In this document: positions 11,570 to 25,300 of the stretch, one piece after another
Layout: every line of letters starts with the position of its first letter
Numbering within the stretch: position 1 is the first letter of the stretch
Source: Geosiphon pyriformis uo1
Lineage: Eukaryota; Fungi; Glomeromycota
Direction: 5' to 3'
Assembly: GCA_016748015.1 (NCBI GenBank)
Contig: JAAOMT010000128.1
Coordinates: 1,929,538 to 1,993,537, forward strand
Length of the DNA: 64,000 nucleotides
Position numbers and translations under genes: made by a program
Notes under the pieces: generated by a model
Seen by the model: only the letters and a program-made list of their open reading frames with translations
Database searches by the model: none
Told to the model about the DNA's origin: nothing

Positions 11570-13700
11570 ACTTTTTATCTTTTTAATTTTATGACTATAA
11601 TTAAAGCAAAGAATAAAAAAGCTCTGCTTGATATTTTTTTAAGATATTTAATAAAGTTTCAAACAAAAAAGTTTTTTTTGTTGTAAAAGTAATTAGACAA
11701 AACATTTTAAAAACTTTTATCTTTGGCTGGTTTTTTACTAATTAAAATACTCTTAAAAAAACACATTTGGAATAATTCCAATATTGTTTCTATTTTTATC
11801 AAAAGTTTAAAAGTTTTTAATAATAGATTAGTTAATAAATTAATTTTTTTAATCATTATTGCTATATCTAATATTATTAGTATTATTTCTTTAAAAATAA
11901 CCAAAAAAACTAAAAATTTCAAAAACAAAAATAATTGCTTACTTTTACTATTTTTACACCAAACTTTTTTGTGATTTCAAATAAAATTTTGGATAAAACT
12001 TTTATTGTATTATTTAATATGTTATTTAAGATAAGCCAAAATTAACTATTAATTATATTGCTAAATATAATGTTTCTAATAAATTATTATTGATTTTAAA
12101 AGCAAAACAATAGTCTCTTATTGGATTATCTGTTCTTAAAAACTGAGTTAATTAAATAAAAACTGAATTATTCTTATTTTTTCTGGTTTTTAATGCTACT
12201 ATTGGTAATGCTTGAAAAATTATTATTAATTATTATTAATTTAATATTTAATGCTATTTTTAAGATCAAATTAACTTATATTAAAGTTGTTTTTTAATTT
12301 GTATATAGTTATTTGAATATAAAATTAATTATAAAAAACAATCTAAAGTTCTTTTATGTAAAGTTTAATTGTTAAAAATTTATTAAGTAGATGACTATTA
12401 TTTTAATGCTTAATATTATTTTGAAAATCAAATTAACTTATATTAAAGCTGTTTTTCAGTTTATTCATGGTTTTTTAAGTGCAAAATTAATTATAAAAAA
12501 CAATTTGAAGTTTTTCTGTATAAAGTTTGCTTTTTAAAATTTTTTAAATACTGTTTTTTTGGTTGAATTTATAAGCTTTGTCCATTTAATTACTTTTAAA
12601 ATTGCCAAAATTTTGGTAAGTTTTGAGTCCAGTTTCTTTTTTACTGTTGTTGTGTTGTATAATATGTTTTTAAGTATGTTTATTATTAATATTAAAATTG
12701 TTTTTGGTGTATTTAGTAAAGTTGTTTATGTTGTATTAAAGTCTGTTGGTATTTGACAATATATAATTGTTTATTTTAAGAAATTAGATACTACTGCATT
12801 TGTTTTCAATTATTGATTAGTTTTGGTAAGCAAAAATAATATTTAAATTTTTCTTTTTGTGAATTAAAAAAAGACAATTTTGTTTCATAATAAGTTTAAG
12901 ACCAAATTAGTCAATTTTTTTTTTGGCTATATTGTCTTTAAAATCAGTAAAATAATTTTTCAAATTGATAATCAAATTTGTTTAATTTTTTATTTACCTA
13001 ATTCTAATTATTGTTTTTGGTTTACACTAGTTATATTTAGTTTATAAAGTAATTTAAATATTATTGTTATTAAAACTAACACTTTAAAAAAATATTATAT
13101 TTAAAAATTAATAATATTTTAAATGTTAGAATTTAGATTATTTGACTATAGATTACAAAATATTTTTATTTTTTCAGTTTTTTAAAATATTTGTGTCTTA
13201 TTTTATTAATATCAAGTCTTATATTAAGATTATTATATTTATGTTATTTTAAGTTTCTACTTTTTTAATTGGTTTTGCTTCTTTTGTTATGGTTGTAATT
13301 AATAATTTTATAGTGTTTTTTTAGTTAATTTTTTTAAAAGCTAATTTGGCCAAACTTTTTATGTTAATTAAATATATTGTTAAGTCTGTTAATTCTTTAA
13401 TTATTGTATTTAAATAATTTGTTAATGGTAATTTAGTCTTAAAGAGAATGCTTAATTTTAAAATTAATAAGATTTTAATATATATAGGTGTTTTTAACAA
13501 AATTATTAATAAGCTAAAATATAAGATGATAATTTTAAAAATTAAATATAATTATAAAAATATTAACATAGCTGGTTTTCAGATAGATTTGTTTATAGTA
13601 GATAATAATATATTTTCTAATTTAATGTTACTTTAAGAATATAAATCTGTTATTATAAAGACTAATATATTAAAAACAGCTAAATAACTGATTAAAATAG
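11570..13700 (+). mobile_element. Ghost LINE (ORF1 region), a divergent and very heavily C>T/G>A-mutated family
   Basis: VFGVFSKVVYVVLKSVGI*QYIIVYFKKLD...NY*LVLVSKNNI (about 12700-12840) aligns with ORF1 of the younger copies (VFSKFGKIVSIRMQLIGFWRKAQIEF...KWSVLVDKDSV). Zinc-knuckle relic KC*NLDYLTIDY near 13120. Pyrimidine-rich start and ATG at 11591. Ends approximate. Confidence 0.65.
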
Positions 13701-14324
13701 TTAATAATAATGCTATATTGTTTAAAATTATTTAAAAAATATCTTCTTTGAATAAGTTTTTTTTTAGAATATCAATATAGTATAGTTTAAACTAATTTAA
13801 ATAGCTAATTATATATAGAAAATATGTAAACTATATTTAGCACTAAAATATCTAGTTTGTTTTTAATTTCTAAATAGTAATTAAACTATATTCATTAAAA
13901 CTTTAATAATAATAAAAAAATAAAAAAATAATTTTAATATTATTTTTATTTATCAGATTAATTAATAATTAAAAGCAATTATAATTATATTAAAAAATCT
14001 AAAACAAACAATAATATAATATTAAACATTAACAAATTTTAATATTAACAATAAAAATTTTTTTTTTATATTTTACAAAATTATAATAGTAAAAAAAAAG
14101 CAAAATTAAAAACCACTAAAAATTTAACAATTTTAAAAATAAAAAAATAAACAAAATTAATAAACTCAAATTAAAAATAGTATTTAAACAAATTTATATA
14201 TTAATTTTATATTGTTTTTAAATACAAATTTTGCACCAATAAAATTATGTATTAACTAAAAAACAGTTTTAATAAGAGTTAATTTAATTTTAAAAAAAAT
14301 ACTAAATATTAAAATAAAAATTAT

Positions 14325-14760
14325 TATTAATAATAAAAATTTAAATAATTAATTAATATAAAATTATTTTATAATTTTTATTATTAATTAACATATATTA
14401 TTATTTTAATTTATTACTTATTATTTTATTAATTTATTAAATATTATTATTTAATAAATAATTCGATTTGTATAATACACAAATATAATTAAATATAATA
14501 ATTAAATCATATAATATATTAAATTATATAATATTTAAAAATTTACTAAAATATTTAAAAATTTAATAAAATATTTAACAGTTTACTAAAATAATTAATA
14601 ACTTGTAAAAATAATTTGTAGTTTGTTAAAATATATCTTTAATTTGCCAAAATATTAGCAAAAAAAAGTATAAGATTATAAAATAATATTATAACAAGTT
14701 GTATAAAAAAACAGCTTTTTTTTAAGAAAATATATTTTATTTTATTTTAAAATTATCTTA
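14325..14760 (+). mobile_element. Ghost copy of solo LTR B in inverted orientation
   Basis: 14610-14745 (aaataatttgtagtttgttaaaatatatctttaatttgccaaaat...acaagttgtataaaaaaacagc...aagaaaatatattttattt) aligns with the reverse complement of 31000-31140. The alignment extends back to the LTR terminus. Confidence 0.75.
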
Positions 14761-15464
14761 ACAATTAGTTTTTACAAATCAATTTAATAAATTTATACTT
14801 TAAAGATTAATAATTTTTTTTTTAATTATTATTATTGAAAATTTACAAATTATAATTAATATTTTAAAATTAATTAGCCACCAATTTTAATAATTACTTA
14901 GTTAATTTTAGATCTAAATTAAAAACATTTTTTTAAAAAAATTTATTTTTTTTATTTTTTTTTATATTATTGAATAACTTATTATTAAAATTTTTTGTAA
15001 AAAAGTTGATTTTTATCACAAAATAACTACATATTATTAAAAAAGTTATATTTAAAAGTTTTTATAAAAGAGTTAATTTTTATTACAAAGTAATTACATA
15101 AAGTAATTGGCATAAAATTGACTATTTTATTATAAATTTAATAATATAAATAGTTCAAAATATAAAAAATACTTTGAAAATAAATTAGCTTATTAAAAAT
15201 TTATTAACTTTTATTAACAATAGAATTAACAATAAAACAATATTAATAAAATCTTAAAAAAACTAAAATTTTTGATAATATTATTTACTTAAAAAATTTT
15301 TATTAATTAATAATTGTTTTTTACATTATTAATATTATTATTATTAAAAAACAAAAAAAAATAATTTTTCTCTTGTCGATTCCCTTTTCATGATAAGAGC
15401 ATAGTTTTTGCTAATAAAATAGCTTTTCCTTTTTCCTTTTTTTACTTCAGTTATTTCTCTCAAT

Positions 15465-17435
15465 ATGCCCCTCTTTGTTGCCATAGAACCAGTGAATTTG
15501 TCTACTGATAGTTCTGGTTCTGGATCGACTGGATTGGAGACCTGGTCTGGCACTAAAAAAAAAGCACGAGTTGAAAGTGTTTACTCTCGTGGTCTGTCAT
15601 ATAAGAAACCTAGGAAACCTGAGATCACTGGTGGAGTTGTGGATTTGTCTGCTGGCCCTTTGTCTGCTGCTTTGTTACATTTGGACAATGAAAAACATAA
15701 AGTATCTTGGGGAAGTGAAGTTGAAAACAATAAGTCAAGCATGAGTGGAGTGTTGGATATAGAGAATATGGCAAACACTATTGCCAAAGAAACAAGCTAC
15801 ACAGAATCTGATGAAGACGACAAAATGAATAAAGCTATGCTGAGAAAAACCCAGACCCATACTTACATGCTAGGCAAATCTCCAAAAGCTCCAACATTTG
15901 ACTCCATGAGTGATGATGAGAATGCACTAAGTCTTCCGTCTCCAAAAATGTTTAATGGCTCCAATCAGATACTGGCTGTCAAGTCACATGTCATGAAAAA
16001 GCGAAGCTTTAAGCCAGTAAAATCATTCACTTTGGATGTGGAATTGTCTGCTGTGTCTAGAAATACTAATAATAATAAGCTCATTTCAATCAAAAATTTT
16101 TTTTACAAAATTGATGGTTTTGGGGGAGCTTCAACTCCCTCAAAATTTTCTGGTGTTATTCGTTCGACTTTCACAAGTGAGTCTAGTCTGATTAAGGCCA
16201 AGAAAATGGCAGTCTATGAGAAAATTGTTGTCAATAGTGATCTCAAAAAAGCAAACATTCATTCAAATTGGAAAGTGGTCATTAAGGAGATCCCAGTAGA
16301 TCTTCTAAAGTTGGCTGTGGAATCAGTTTTTTCTAAATTTGGCAAGATTGTTTCCATCAGGATGCAATTGATTGGTTTTTGGCGAAAAGCCCAAATTGAA
16401 TTTAAGTCATCAGAAGTTGTCAGTTTGGTCACTTCTAAGTGGTCTGTTCTTGTGGATAAGGATTCAGTTTGTGTGATGCTGGCCATTAGTGATAAACAAA
16501 TATGAATATCTAGGGATCAACATCAGGCTATGCTTTATACTTTGCCTATGGGTACTTCTGCTCATAATTTGTCAGATTTGTTGATGTCATATGGTGGAAA
16601 AACTTGTTTTATTGGCCACAATCCCAGTTCATATGTCCGTAATCAGTGTGCAATCATTTGTTTTGAAAATGAAGCTGCCAGATTGGCTGCTGTTTGTACT
16701 ATTCTAATTTTCAAGAGTGTTGGTTTGTATTGGACTAGTCTTGTTTTGGCTAGTTGTGCGAAGTGTAAACAATTTGGTCATATTACTGTCAACTGTTCTG
16801 TGGGTGAAAGTTCTGGTATTCATGGGAAGAGAGTGGTTTCTGATCATGATCAGATTTGCCTGGCTAGTATATATAAGAAGAAATTGGCTTCTATTGTTTG
16901 TCTGGTTTCATTTGGTGGCAAGACATGGGCTCAAGTTGCTAGTGGCACCCTTTTTCATGTGTTTGCTTTTGGTTCTTCTGGTTCTTGTTTGCGTTCTGGT
17001 TTGGTTTCTCCTTCGGCAGTCTCTGATCCTCTTGTTGTTTCCCATTTGGGTAAGCATTTGGCTGTCTTGGAGCACTCTTTAGAGCTTTTGGCTGACTGTG
17101 TTTCTGGCATCCTGGTTAGGTTGGATTCCTTTGGTATGGTTTCTTCGGTTTCTTTTTCTCTGGCCTTCTCTTCTGTTGCTTCTGCAGCTTTGGGTTCTGA
17201 AGTGAATTCAGATATGATTGTAGACAATGCTTCGGGTTTTCCTGATATTACCTCCCCTGTCACTGATGATGGTGTTGTCAATCTTAGTGCTAGTAGTTCC
17301 AAGGTTCTTACTGCTAAGGTGGGCGGTTTGGAAACAAAATTGGTCGCTTTGGAAGCTTCAGTTGGTTTGGTTTTAGATAAGTTGAATTTTTTGTGCTCTG
17401 GTTCGGGTTTGTCAGCTCCCACAGTTTCTCAATGA
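15465..17435 (+). pseudogene. LINE copy 1 ORF1 (RRM-like, CCHC knuckle, C-terminal coiled coil); one premature stop
   Basis: ORFs 15465-16505 and 16530-17435 are in the same frame, separated by a TGA (probably from TGG). Knuckle CAKCKQFGHITVNC. Confidence 0.85.
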
Positions 17436-20400
17436 CTCATTTAATTTGGAAGATTGCAACATGCAATGTCAGAGGTATAAACAATTATGCAAAGCAGGCA
17501 GACATTGTTTGTTGGCATAAGGATATGAACAATCTGGTCTCTATTGTTACTGAAACAAAGTTGCGGGAAAAGATTTGCCCTTGGATTGCTGATAGGTTTG
17601 ATGGTGTTCATGTTTTTACTTCTGGTCTGGATTCTGGTCACATGGGATCTGGTGTTGCTATTATTTTGAACTCTTCATTGGCAAGACATGTGTGCAAGGT
17701 TTCAGAGGTGCCTGGTTGGCTCTTGTCAATGAGACTGCTTTTTAAGAACAAGCTCTTTGTGTTAATTCTGGGACTGTATGCTGGCGCTTCTTTGGTGGTT
17801 CGTTTCTCTTAAGCTGGTAATATCAACTCTTTCATTGCTAAAGTGGTGAATGAATCTTTTTTTGTTATTCTTGGTAGTGATTTCAATGAGAACAGTTCTC
17901 ACAAATATGCCAGTTTCAAAAAGTGTTTTAATTTGGGTTTGGTCAACTCTTTGGGTGGGAGTTCGTTTGTGAAATCTCTGACTTGGTGCAATTCTTGTGG
18001 TGTCACCAAGACAATTGACTATGTTTTTGTCTCCTCTAATTTGATTAACGTGGTTATGGATCACAGTGTAACTGGTGTTAATGACTTTTTTGATACTGAT
18101 TATAGAGCTGTTTCTGTGTCTGTGGGTATAGGTGAATTGTTAGATGTGCAGCTTTCTTCATTGTGCAAACAGACCACTAGGAATTGTTAGAAATTTGACA
18201 TCAAGAATGCCAATAGAGCTAAGTAGTTGGAGTTCAAGGACACTTCGGCTGCTAATGCCTCTATGTTTTTGGATGCGTTTGGTGCTGCTGTGAAATTTTC
18301 TAATATGGACACTATGTAGAACATTGTTCACAAGATCATAATTCTTTCTGCAGATGGTACATTTAAAAGGAAGTGGTTCAAGGGTTTTGATAGCATTTTC
18401 ACCAAGGTGTCTTCTAGGTTTCATAAGCTAGAATTGCTGGTTTCAAAGTTGGTCAAGGCTTCACATTCAGTTTCTAGTGAAGAGTTTGTTACTTTGTTGG
18501 AGGTGTGGCACAGGCTTGATTCCCCTGGTGCATTGGTGGTAAGGTTTCTGTTTCTTTTAGGTTCTGGTTTCAATTTTATTCATTCTGCGCTGGCCAAAGC
18601 AAGGAAGTTGTACTGTGCTTCTAAGTTGTTGGAATCCAAACGTGCTGAGGAATCTTCGATCAAGCAGGCTATTAGTAAGAGGATGAAAAGTTTTAAACTA
18701 GACAAGGGTCACACTATTAGGAGTGTTTTGGAGTGTCCCTTTCACAAGGTGATCTTGGATCATTTGGTTATGGAAGATGAGTTGATTTTGGAGCCTGACT
18801 TTGTCAAATCGAAGATGGATGAAATCATGGAGGAGTGGACCAGGAAACGTAGGGTGGTTTCTGATATCTCCAGAGATTGGGCTCACCAATATCAGCCTCT
18901 AAAGTATGTTTTTAATGGTGCTTTTTCTGGTGTCATGTGTCCGATTAGTTTTGATGAAATGTCAGCAGTCGTCAAGGATCTTCTTGATGGGAAGACGGCT
19001 GGTCTCTCTGGTATCTCTAACAAATTGTGGAAGTGTTGTGACAAATCAGTTTTGAATATGCTTTTGATGCTCTTGAACCTGTGTTTAGTTAGTAAGTCAG
19101 TTCCTGGACCTTAGAAAAAAGCTTGGGTTTCTATGATCCCTAAACTGTATGAATGGAAGGGAGTTCTTATGAACACTTATCCTATTGTTTTGATTGAAAC
19201 AGCCTGCAAGATTCTTTCTAAGATCCTTTCAGATAGGATTTCTTTGGCTTGCAGTGCTTTTGATGTCTTTTGCAGGAACAATTTTTCAGTTCTAAAAGGT
19301 ACAACAACCCAGTCTCCCATTTTTGCTGTTGGTTTAGTGATTGAAAATGCTCTAGAGAAAAACCGAGAACTTTGGTTGGTTTTACAAGACATGCATAAGA
19401 CTTATGACTCAATCAGTTAAGAACATCTTAGGAAAAGTCTGGTCAGGATTAAGATGTGTGAGAAGTTCATTAGATTTTTTGGCAGCATTTACAATGGTTA
19501 CGTTAACAGAGTGATGACTGATTTTGGCCTAACCGATGGATATTGTGTTCATGATAGACTGGAACAAGGGGAAGTTTTCTCTCCTTTTCTCTGGTGTATA
19601 TTCTACAATTCACTTTTGTGTAAAGTCAAAAGACAGGATAGTGTGTAACTATAGGTTGAATTCTCATTTTATATCCAAAACTGGTCAGGTGGATCCTCAG
19701 GCTGGGCTGTCTTCGTTTTTTGCTGCCGGCGCTTTTGTCGATAATACTATTTGGGTTGGTAGCAGCCAGGCTGTTACACAACACATTTTTGATGTTGCTA
19801 GTGAGTTTTTCAAGTTTAATAATATTTCTGTAAATAACAACAAAATGGTGGCCATCCCCATCAATTGCTGAGTGTTGGACCTTTATTTAACTATTAGTGG
19901 TGTGCCTATTTTTATTGCCAAGAAAGGGGAATCTTATCGTTATCTAGGCATTTTTTTATCTTCTGAGAGTTTTTCGAAGCCCAGCTTAGCTAAAGCCTAG
20001 GCGGATGTGTGGTTTTTTGTGAATCTAGTTTTAAAAAAGGCAGTTTCTGATAAGCAGTGTGCATATTTGGTGTCTGCAGTTTTTTTTCCCATCATCAGCT
20101 ATAGGACTCAGTTCAGTTTCATTTCTGTGAGTGTTTGTAACAAATGAGATGCTCTAGTATGCAAGATCTTGAAATTTAAGTCTGGGTTGTCCTGTGATTT
20201 CCCCAATGATGCACTGCACCACCTCTCATTGTATGGTTTAAAAACTTTTGAGCAGATTCAGGCTGAGAGTAAATTGGCATCTGCTGTTACTTTCGCAAAT
20301 TCTGCTGGTATTTTGGGTCACTTTTTTTCTCATAGATCTCATGATTTTCAAGTTTTTAGCTGGCACCCACGTTATCCTTTGCTGTTTTCATCTCGTATTG

Positions 20401-22118
20401 GTGTCAATCCCTCAAACAATTTTTTGGCTGGTGTGGTTTGTATTTTTTCCAGATGTGATTTGTCTTTGGATGGCTCTCTGGCTTGTGCTTTTTGCCATCA
20501 GTGTGGTACTTCTATGTCTTTGGTTCTTGGTGAACCCTGTTTTTTCAGGTGTGTTTCTTCACTCAGATGTTATGGAATTGCTTTTGTGGAACAGCTTCAT
20601 GATCATAATGGTGATGTTTTCAGTTGGAGAGCCTTCAAGCATTGGAAGAGGCTAGATTTTCATGGCCCAATTCTTTTCTGGTTTGATCTCTCTGTTCACT
20701 TTCTTGGTGGTGTTGGTCTTCTTTCCTCAAGTTTTTCTTTGGTAAATGGTCATGTTGTATTGGATATTTGTCTCTTTCATGATTTTGGTGTGGTTTGTAA
20801 CACTCTGCTGACTGCTGATGCTGCCCACCTTTTTGTGTATACGGATGGGTCTCTGTCTGGTCTGGGCACTGTTGATGTGAAAGCAGGTGCTGCCATTTTT
20901 TTTGAGGACATTAACTTGGGTTTGGGGGTTGGAATGTCCAGTTTGGTTTCTTTTACTCTGACGGAGCTGCAAGCCATAGCTTTGGCCCTTGAGTGTGTTC
21001 CTTCTTCTTATTCAATTGACTTGTTTTTGGATAGCCAAGCTGCTTTGGATGCATGTAGGTCAGAGTTTTCACTGGTTTGTCTGGATTTCAGGAACTGCTG
21101 TTGGATTGAGCATTGCCACATTGCTATCGTTATTCGTCGAAAAAATTTGGATGTAAATTGAATTAAGGTAAAAGGTCATTCAGGTGTTTCAGGCAATGAG
21201 CATGCTGATACACTTGCCAAAGATACTGCTCTTTCTGCCTGGTGTCTGCCTCATTTAGTTAGTGAATGTTTTCTGTGCACTGGTGATATGGCAGTTTCTA
21301 GTAATTCTAAACATTTTGTTCACAATATTTTCTGATCAGTTCATTGTGCTCGTTGGGAGGTTGGAGTTGGTTCTTATGTTGTGGCTGATAGTTTGTATGC
21401 TGATGTCAATTGATTTAAGTCTTCTATGATATGGCACACCAATTCTTACTTGGCCTCTGGTTTCACCAGCATGTGCACAGCAAGCTGTCGCACTTACTTT
21501 ATAAAGGCTCTCTATCATTGGCTTTCTGTTGTTGTACGCAAACATTTATATGATAGGAGATACCCCAGTGTGGTCTGTCTGTTCTGTGGTGATGTTGAGA
21601 TTTCAGATCACGTCTTTTCGTGTTCTTAAGATGCTGCAGGCCATGCTTATTTGTTGGATATTTATGCTTTAGCTTGAAAGGCTCTTTCTGGTCTAACTTG
21701 CTCTTCTTCATGTGTCTCACAGGTGTTGGCTTCTTGTATTTCTGAGGTTGGAATTGGTGTTGCTCTGTGTAAGGGCTTTGTTTTTGATGACTGGTTTCGG
21801 AAGTCTGTTTCAGTTTTTAAAAATTCTAAGGAAGGCACTAAAAAGATTGTAGGCTTTGTGCGTAAGTTTTATCTTGCATTTCGGGATGACATCTGGTTGG
21901 TCTGCACCAAACACTGGGCATTTATGGAGAGACATGGTTTGATCCCACATGATGAGTTCGTTTTTGTGTCAATTTCTGGTTTGTCTGTAGCATTCTTGGC
22001 TGGTGTGATTAGGCTGTTGGGTGTTGCTAAAGCTTTTGAGATTAGTTTTGGGTTTTGCAAGCTTTGTTTATTCTTTTCGGGTATTGGGGACCCAGTCTCT
22101 GTGCATATAAGTGTGTAG
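17432..22118 (+). pseudogene. LINE copy 1 ORF2 polyprotein pseudogene
   Basis: ATG at 17432 overlaps the ORF1 stop (CAATGA). Many transition-derived stops but only one evident frameshift (about 19645). Confidence 0.9.
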
Positions 22119-22227
22119 TGTTGTCCTAACTGGCCCAAGTAGCTGGTTACATGTAGAAAGTGCATAATTCACACCTAGTTTAGATTATTTGTATGATATA
22201 TAGTGCTAGATAGCATTTGGACCTCAT
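22117..22227 (+). other. LINE 3'UTR structured RNA element (copy 1)
   Basis: Stems TG..GTCC/GGAC..CA, TAACTGGC/GCTGGTTA and CTAG/CTAG; homologous to the other copies. Confidence 0.65.
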
Positions 22228-22314
22228 AAAATAATAATAAAATAAATAAATAAATAAATTTAATTTGTATTTAATTAACTTAACTTTTAAAGAGTTTTAT
22301 AAAGATAATAAAAA

Positions 22315-25300
22315 CTTTTTTCTCTTGTTTATCCCAAAATTCTTAAAAAGAGTCAGTAGTTTTTTGAAAAAAGTTTTTTCAACATTTAGTATGATAAAAC
22401 CAAACTGTTTTTGGATTTCAAGACTACTGTTGGCCCTAGTATTGTCATTATGAAGAAGATTGTTAAAGATTCTGGCTCTGGAGATAGTTTCAAGCCTGTT
22501 TTGTCAAGGAAAAAGAGGAAAGGTGTTACTTTGGAAAAGGGTATTGGCAGTATAGAAGTGTCTACTAAAGTGCTAAGTGGTTGTTCTTGAAGTTCTGAGA
22601 CTGGTAACACCACCGAGTCTAAAAGCATCAATATGAAAAAAGAATGTCTGGTTGAAAAAACCAGCTTTGATTATGGTAAAAGAGACACCGTCATTAATAA
22701 AGATCATGATTATACACCTAAAGAGCCAAGAGTCAAGACTGCTAAAGCATTGGACAAGTCATTGGGTAAAATAAATTTCTCAGGCCATAATAATAATGAT
22801 AATGTTTTCTTAGATACCCCTCTAGAACTTCCCTCTTCCTTGAAGAATTTGGTCACTGTTTCTGTTAGAAAATCTTTTACTTTGGATATTGGCTTGGATA
22901 AAGTGGTTGAGAAATCCTCTCAAGAAAAGCTGATGGTGGTTAGAAAATTGTTTTCAAAAGTTAATAGTTTTGGGGAGGTCTCTACTCCCTCAAAATTTTT
23001 AGGGATCATTCGTGCTTTCTTCACTTCTGAATCTAATTTGGCACAGGCTATAGAAAAGATGAGAGCAGTGGATATTTTGGTAAACAACAATCTCAAGAAA
23101 TCAACTGATCATTCAGATTGGGCTGTGGTAATTAAGGAAATTTCTGTTGGAATATCAGCTAAGGCTGTGCGTGCTGCGCTATCCAAGTTTGGAATAATTA
23201 AGTCGATCAAGATGCTATTGGTGAGACTGTGGCAGAAAGCAATGATAGAATTTGAGCAATCGGATCATGCTGATTTGGTTGTAGCTGAGTGGTCTATCCT
23301 AATTGGGAAGGATGCTGTGTGTGTCGTCAAAGCTGATTTAAACAAAAAAACATGGGATGCAAGAGATTATTATAGGGCACTGCTCTATATACTGCCAATG
23401 GGAACTAATGCTCATAATATTTAGAACTTTGTTAAATCTGTGAGTGGAAAAACTTGCATCATCAATCATCATCCAGTTATATAGGCTCAGGTCAAATGTG
23501 CTGTTGTTTGTTTCAATTCTGCTGAGTCATTGGATGTTGCCATGAGGACTACACTGGTGCTCAAAGACACTAATTTACATTAGTTTAGTCTTGTTTCTGC
23601 CAGATGTACCAAGTATAAGAAGTCAGGTTATACATCATTAGACTGTGCTAAAAGTAGGAAGATTTCTTCTGATAGTTTATTGCATAAAGTGCTTTCAGAT
23701 GCAAATAAAAGCAGGCTGGTCACAATATATACCAAAAATTCTGCTCCAGTTGCTCATTTTATTTCTTTTGGTGGTCTCTCTTGGGCGAAGATTGCAAATA
23801 GGTCTTCTTTTTCCCCTCTCTTTAGCTGAGTTGTTTCTGTAAATGTTGGTTCTTCTTCAGAGATGAAGCCATTCCTACTGGTTGTGACTGAAATCAATAA
23901 TAGGTTTGCTGCTCTTGAACACAGTCTCACCAGCCTCACAGAGCATGTTGATATGCTGGCTAAAAGATTGGAAACACTTGAGCCAATGATTTCCCAGCTT
24001 AGCCCTAGATGTCAGCCATTGGTAACCCCTTTATCACAGAATCAAGAGGCAGATATAGTGATGAGTAAGGGTTCAGACATAGCCATTAGTAGTAAAACTG
24101 TTGCAGAAGCAGTGGTTTTTGATTCTTCTGTTATCAGAAAAATGGAGAACACTTTGAAAAATCTTGCAATTACAGTTATAGGCCTTTCGGCCAAAATAGA
24201 CAATGCTAGTTTGGTTCCTGCTGCTTCTTTCTCTCAATGATAGAGCTAATGTAAAGGTTTGCTGCATGTAATATTTGGGGTATTAATGTCTCTGCCAAGC
24301 AAGAAGACATTGTTTATTGGCACATAGAGTCTGGAAATATGGTTTTTATTATTACAGAAACAAAGTTGAGGTCTAATACAAGGCCATAGATCATAAACAG
24401 ATTTGATGGAGTGAAAATTTTCTTTTCTGGTTTGGACAAAGGTTTTCTTGGTGCTGAGGTGGCAATCATTTTGAACAATTTTCTCACACGTCATGTTGTA
24501 AAAATTGAAGAAGTCCTTGGTCATCTTATCTCTATTCGGCTCCTATTTAAAAGCAAGCTGTCGGTAACAATCTTGGGTCTATACACTGAAGCTTCTGCTG
24601 AGACTAGATTTGGTTAGTCCTCTGTGATCAACTCTTTTATTGTTAAGGCTGTTAATTCCTCCATATTTACTGTGCTAAGTGGAGATTTCAATGAGAATAA
24701 GTCTAAAAAAAGTGCAAATTTTAAGTTCTGCTCAGAGTTGGATTTGGTCAATGCTTTTAGTGAACATTTGTTGGTCAATGTCTCCACTTGAGGCAACTTG
24801 AGGGGTGCCATGAAAGTTATTGATTACATTTTTGTGAGTGGGTGTCTGTTGTTAGCAATGGTTGGTCACAAGATTATTTCTGTTTCGGATTTCTTTGATA
24901 CTGATTATAATGCTGTTGTAATGTCTATTGATTTGGGTGGATTCTTGGATGTTCAATTAAATAGCTTGTGAAAACAGGCTAACAGAAATTGTTGGAAGTT
25001 TAAGATTAAGGATGCTGATGAAGCCAAGTGGTTACATTATAAGAATTGTTCCTCTGCCAGGCTTTTGGGAGTGAAGAATAGGTTTTCAGCTACTATTGCA
25101 ATTAATAATTTAGACTCAATGTGGTCAGTGCTGGAGAGAATGATGGTGGGGTTTGCAGATAAAATTTTCTCTAAGCAGTGGTTCAGTGAATTTTAGTGCT
25201 CAAAAAATAAACAGTCCTCTAAATTTCTGGGGCTTGAATTGCTAGTTGTAAAAATTGTCAAAAGATTGAGTTTGGCTAACATCATTGGTTTCAATAATCT

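Larger units (their letters stand above)
10800..15360. other. Extreme AT-rich, CpG-depleted desert containing hypermutated TE relics
   Basis: Very low G/C by inspection. Contains recognisable LINE ORF1 and LTR ghosts (separate entries). Confidence 0.85.
15365..22258 (+). mobile_element. LINE copy 1 (full-length, least decayed): ORF1 plus ORF2 (APE endonuclease, RT, RNase H, CCHC)
   Basis: KIATCNVRGIN (APE), LGSDFN, IDYVF, DTDY, LQDMHKTYDS, QGEVFSP, AFVDNTIW (RT), YTDGS...ELQAI..AL...DSQAAL...KVKGHSGVSGNEHAD (RNase H), CLFCGDVEISDHVFSC. A-rich tail (AAAT)n. Confidence 0.95.
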
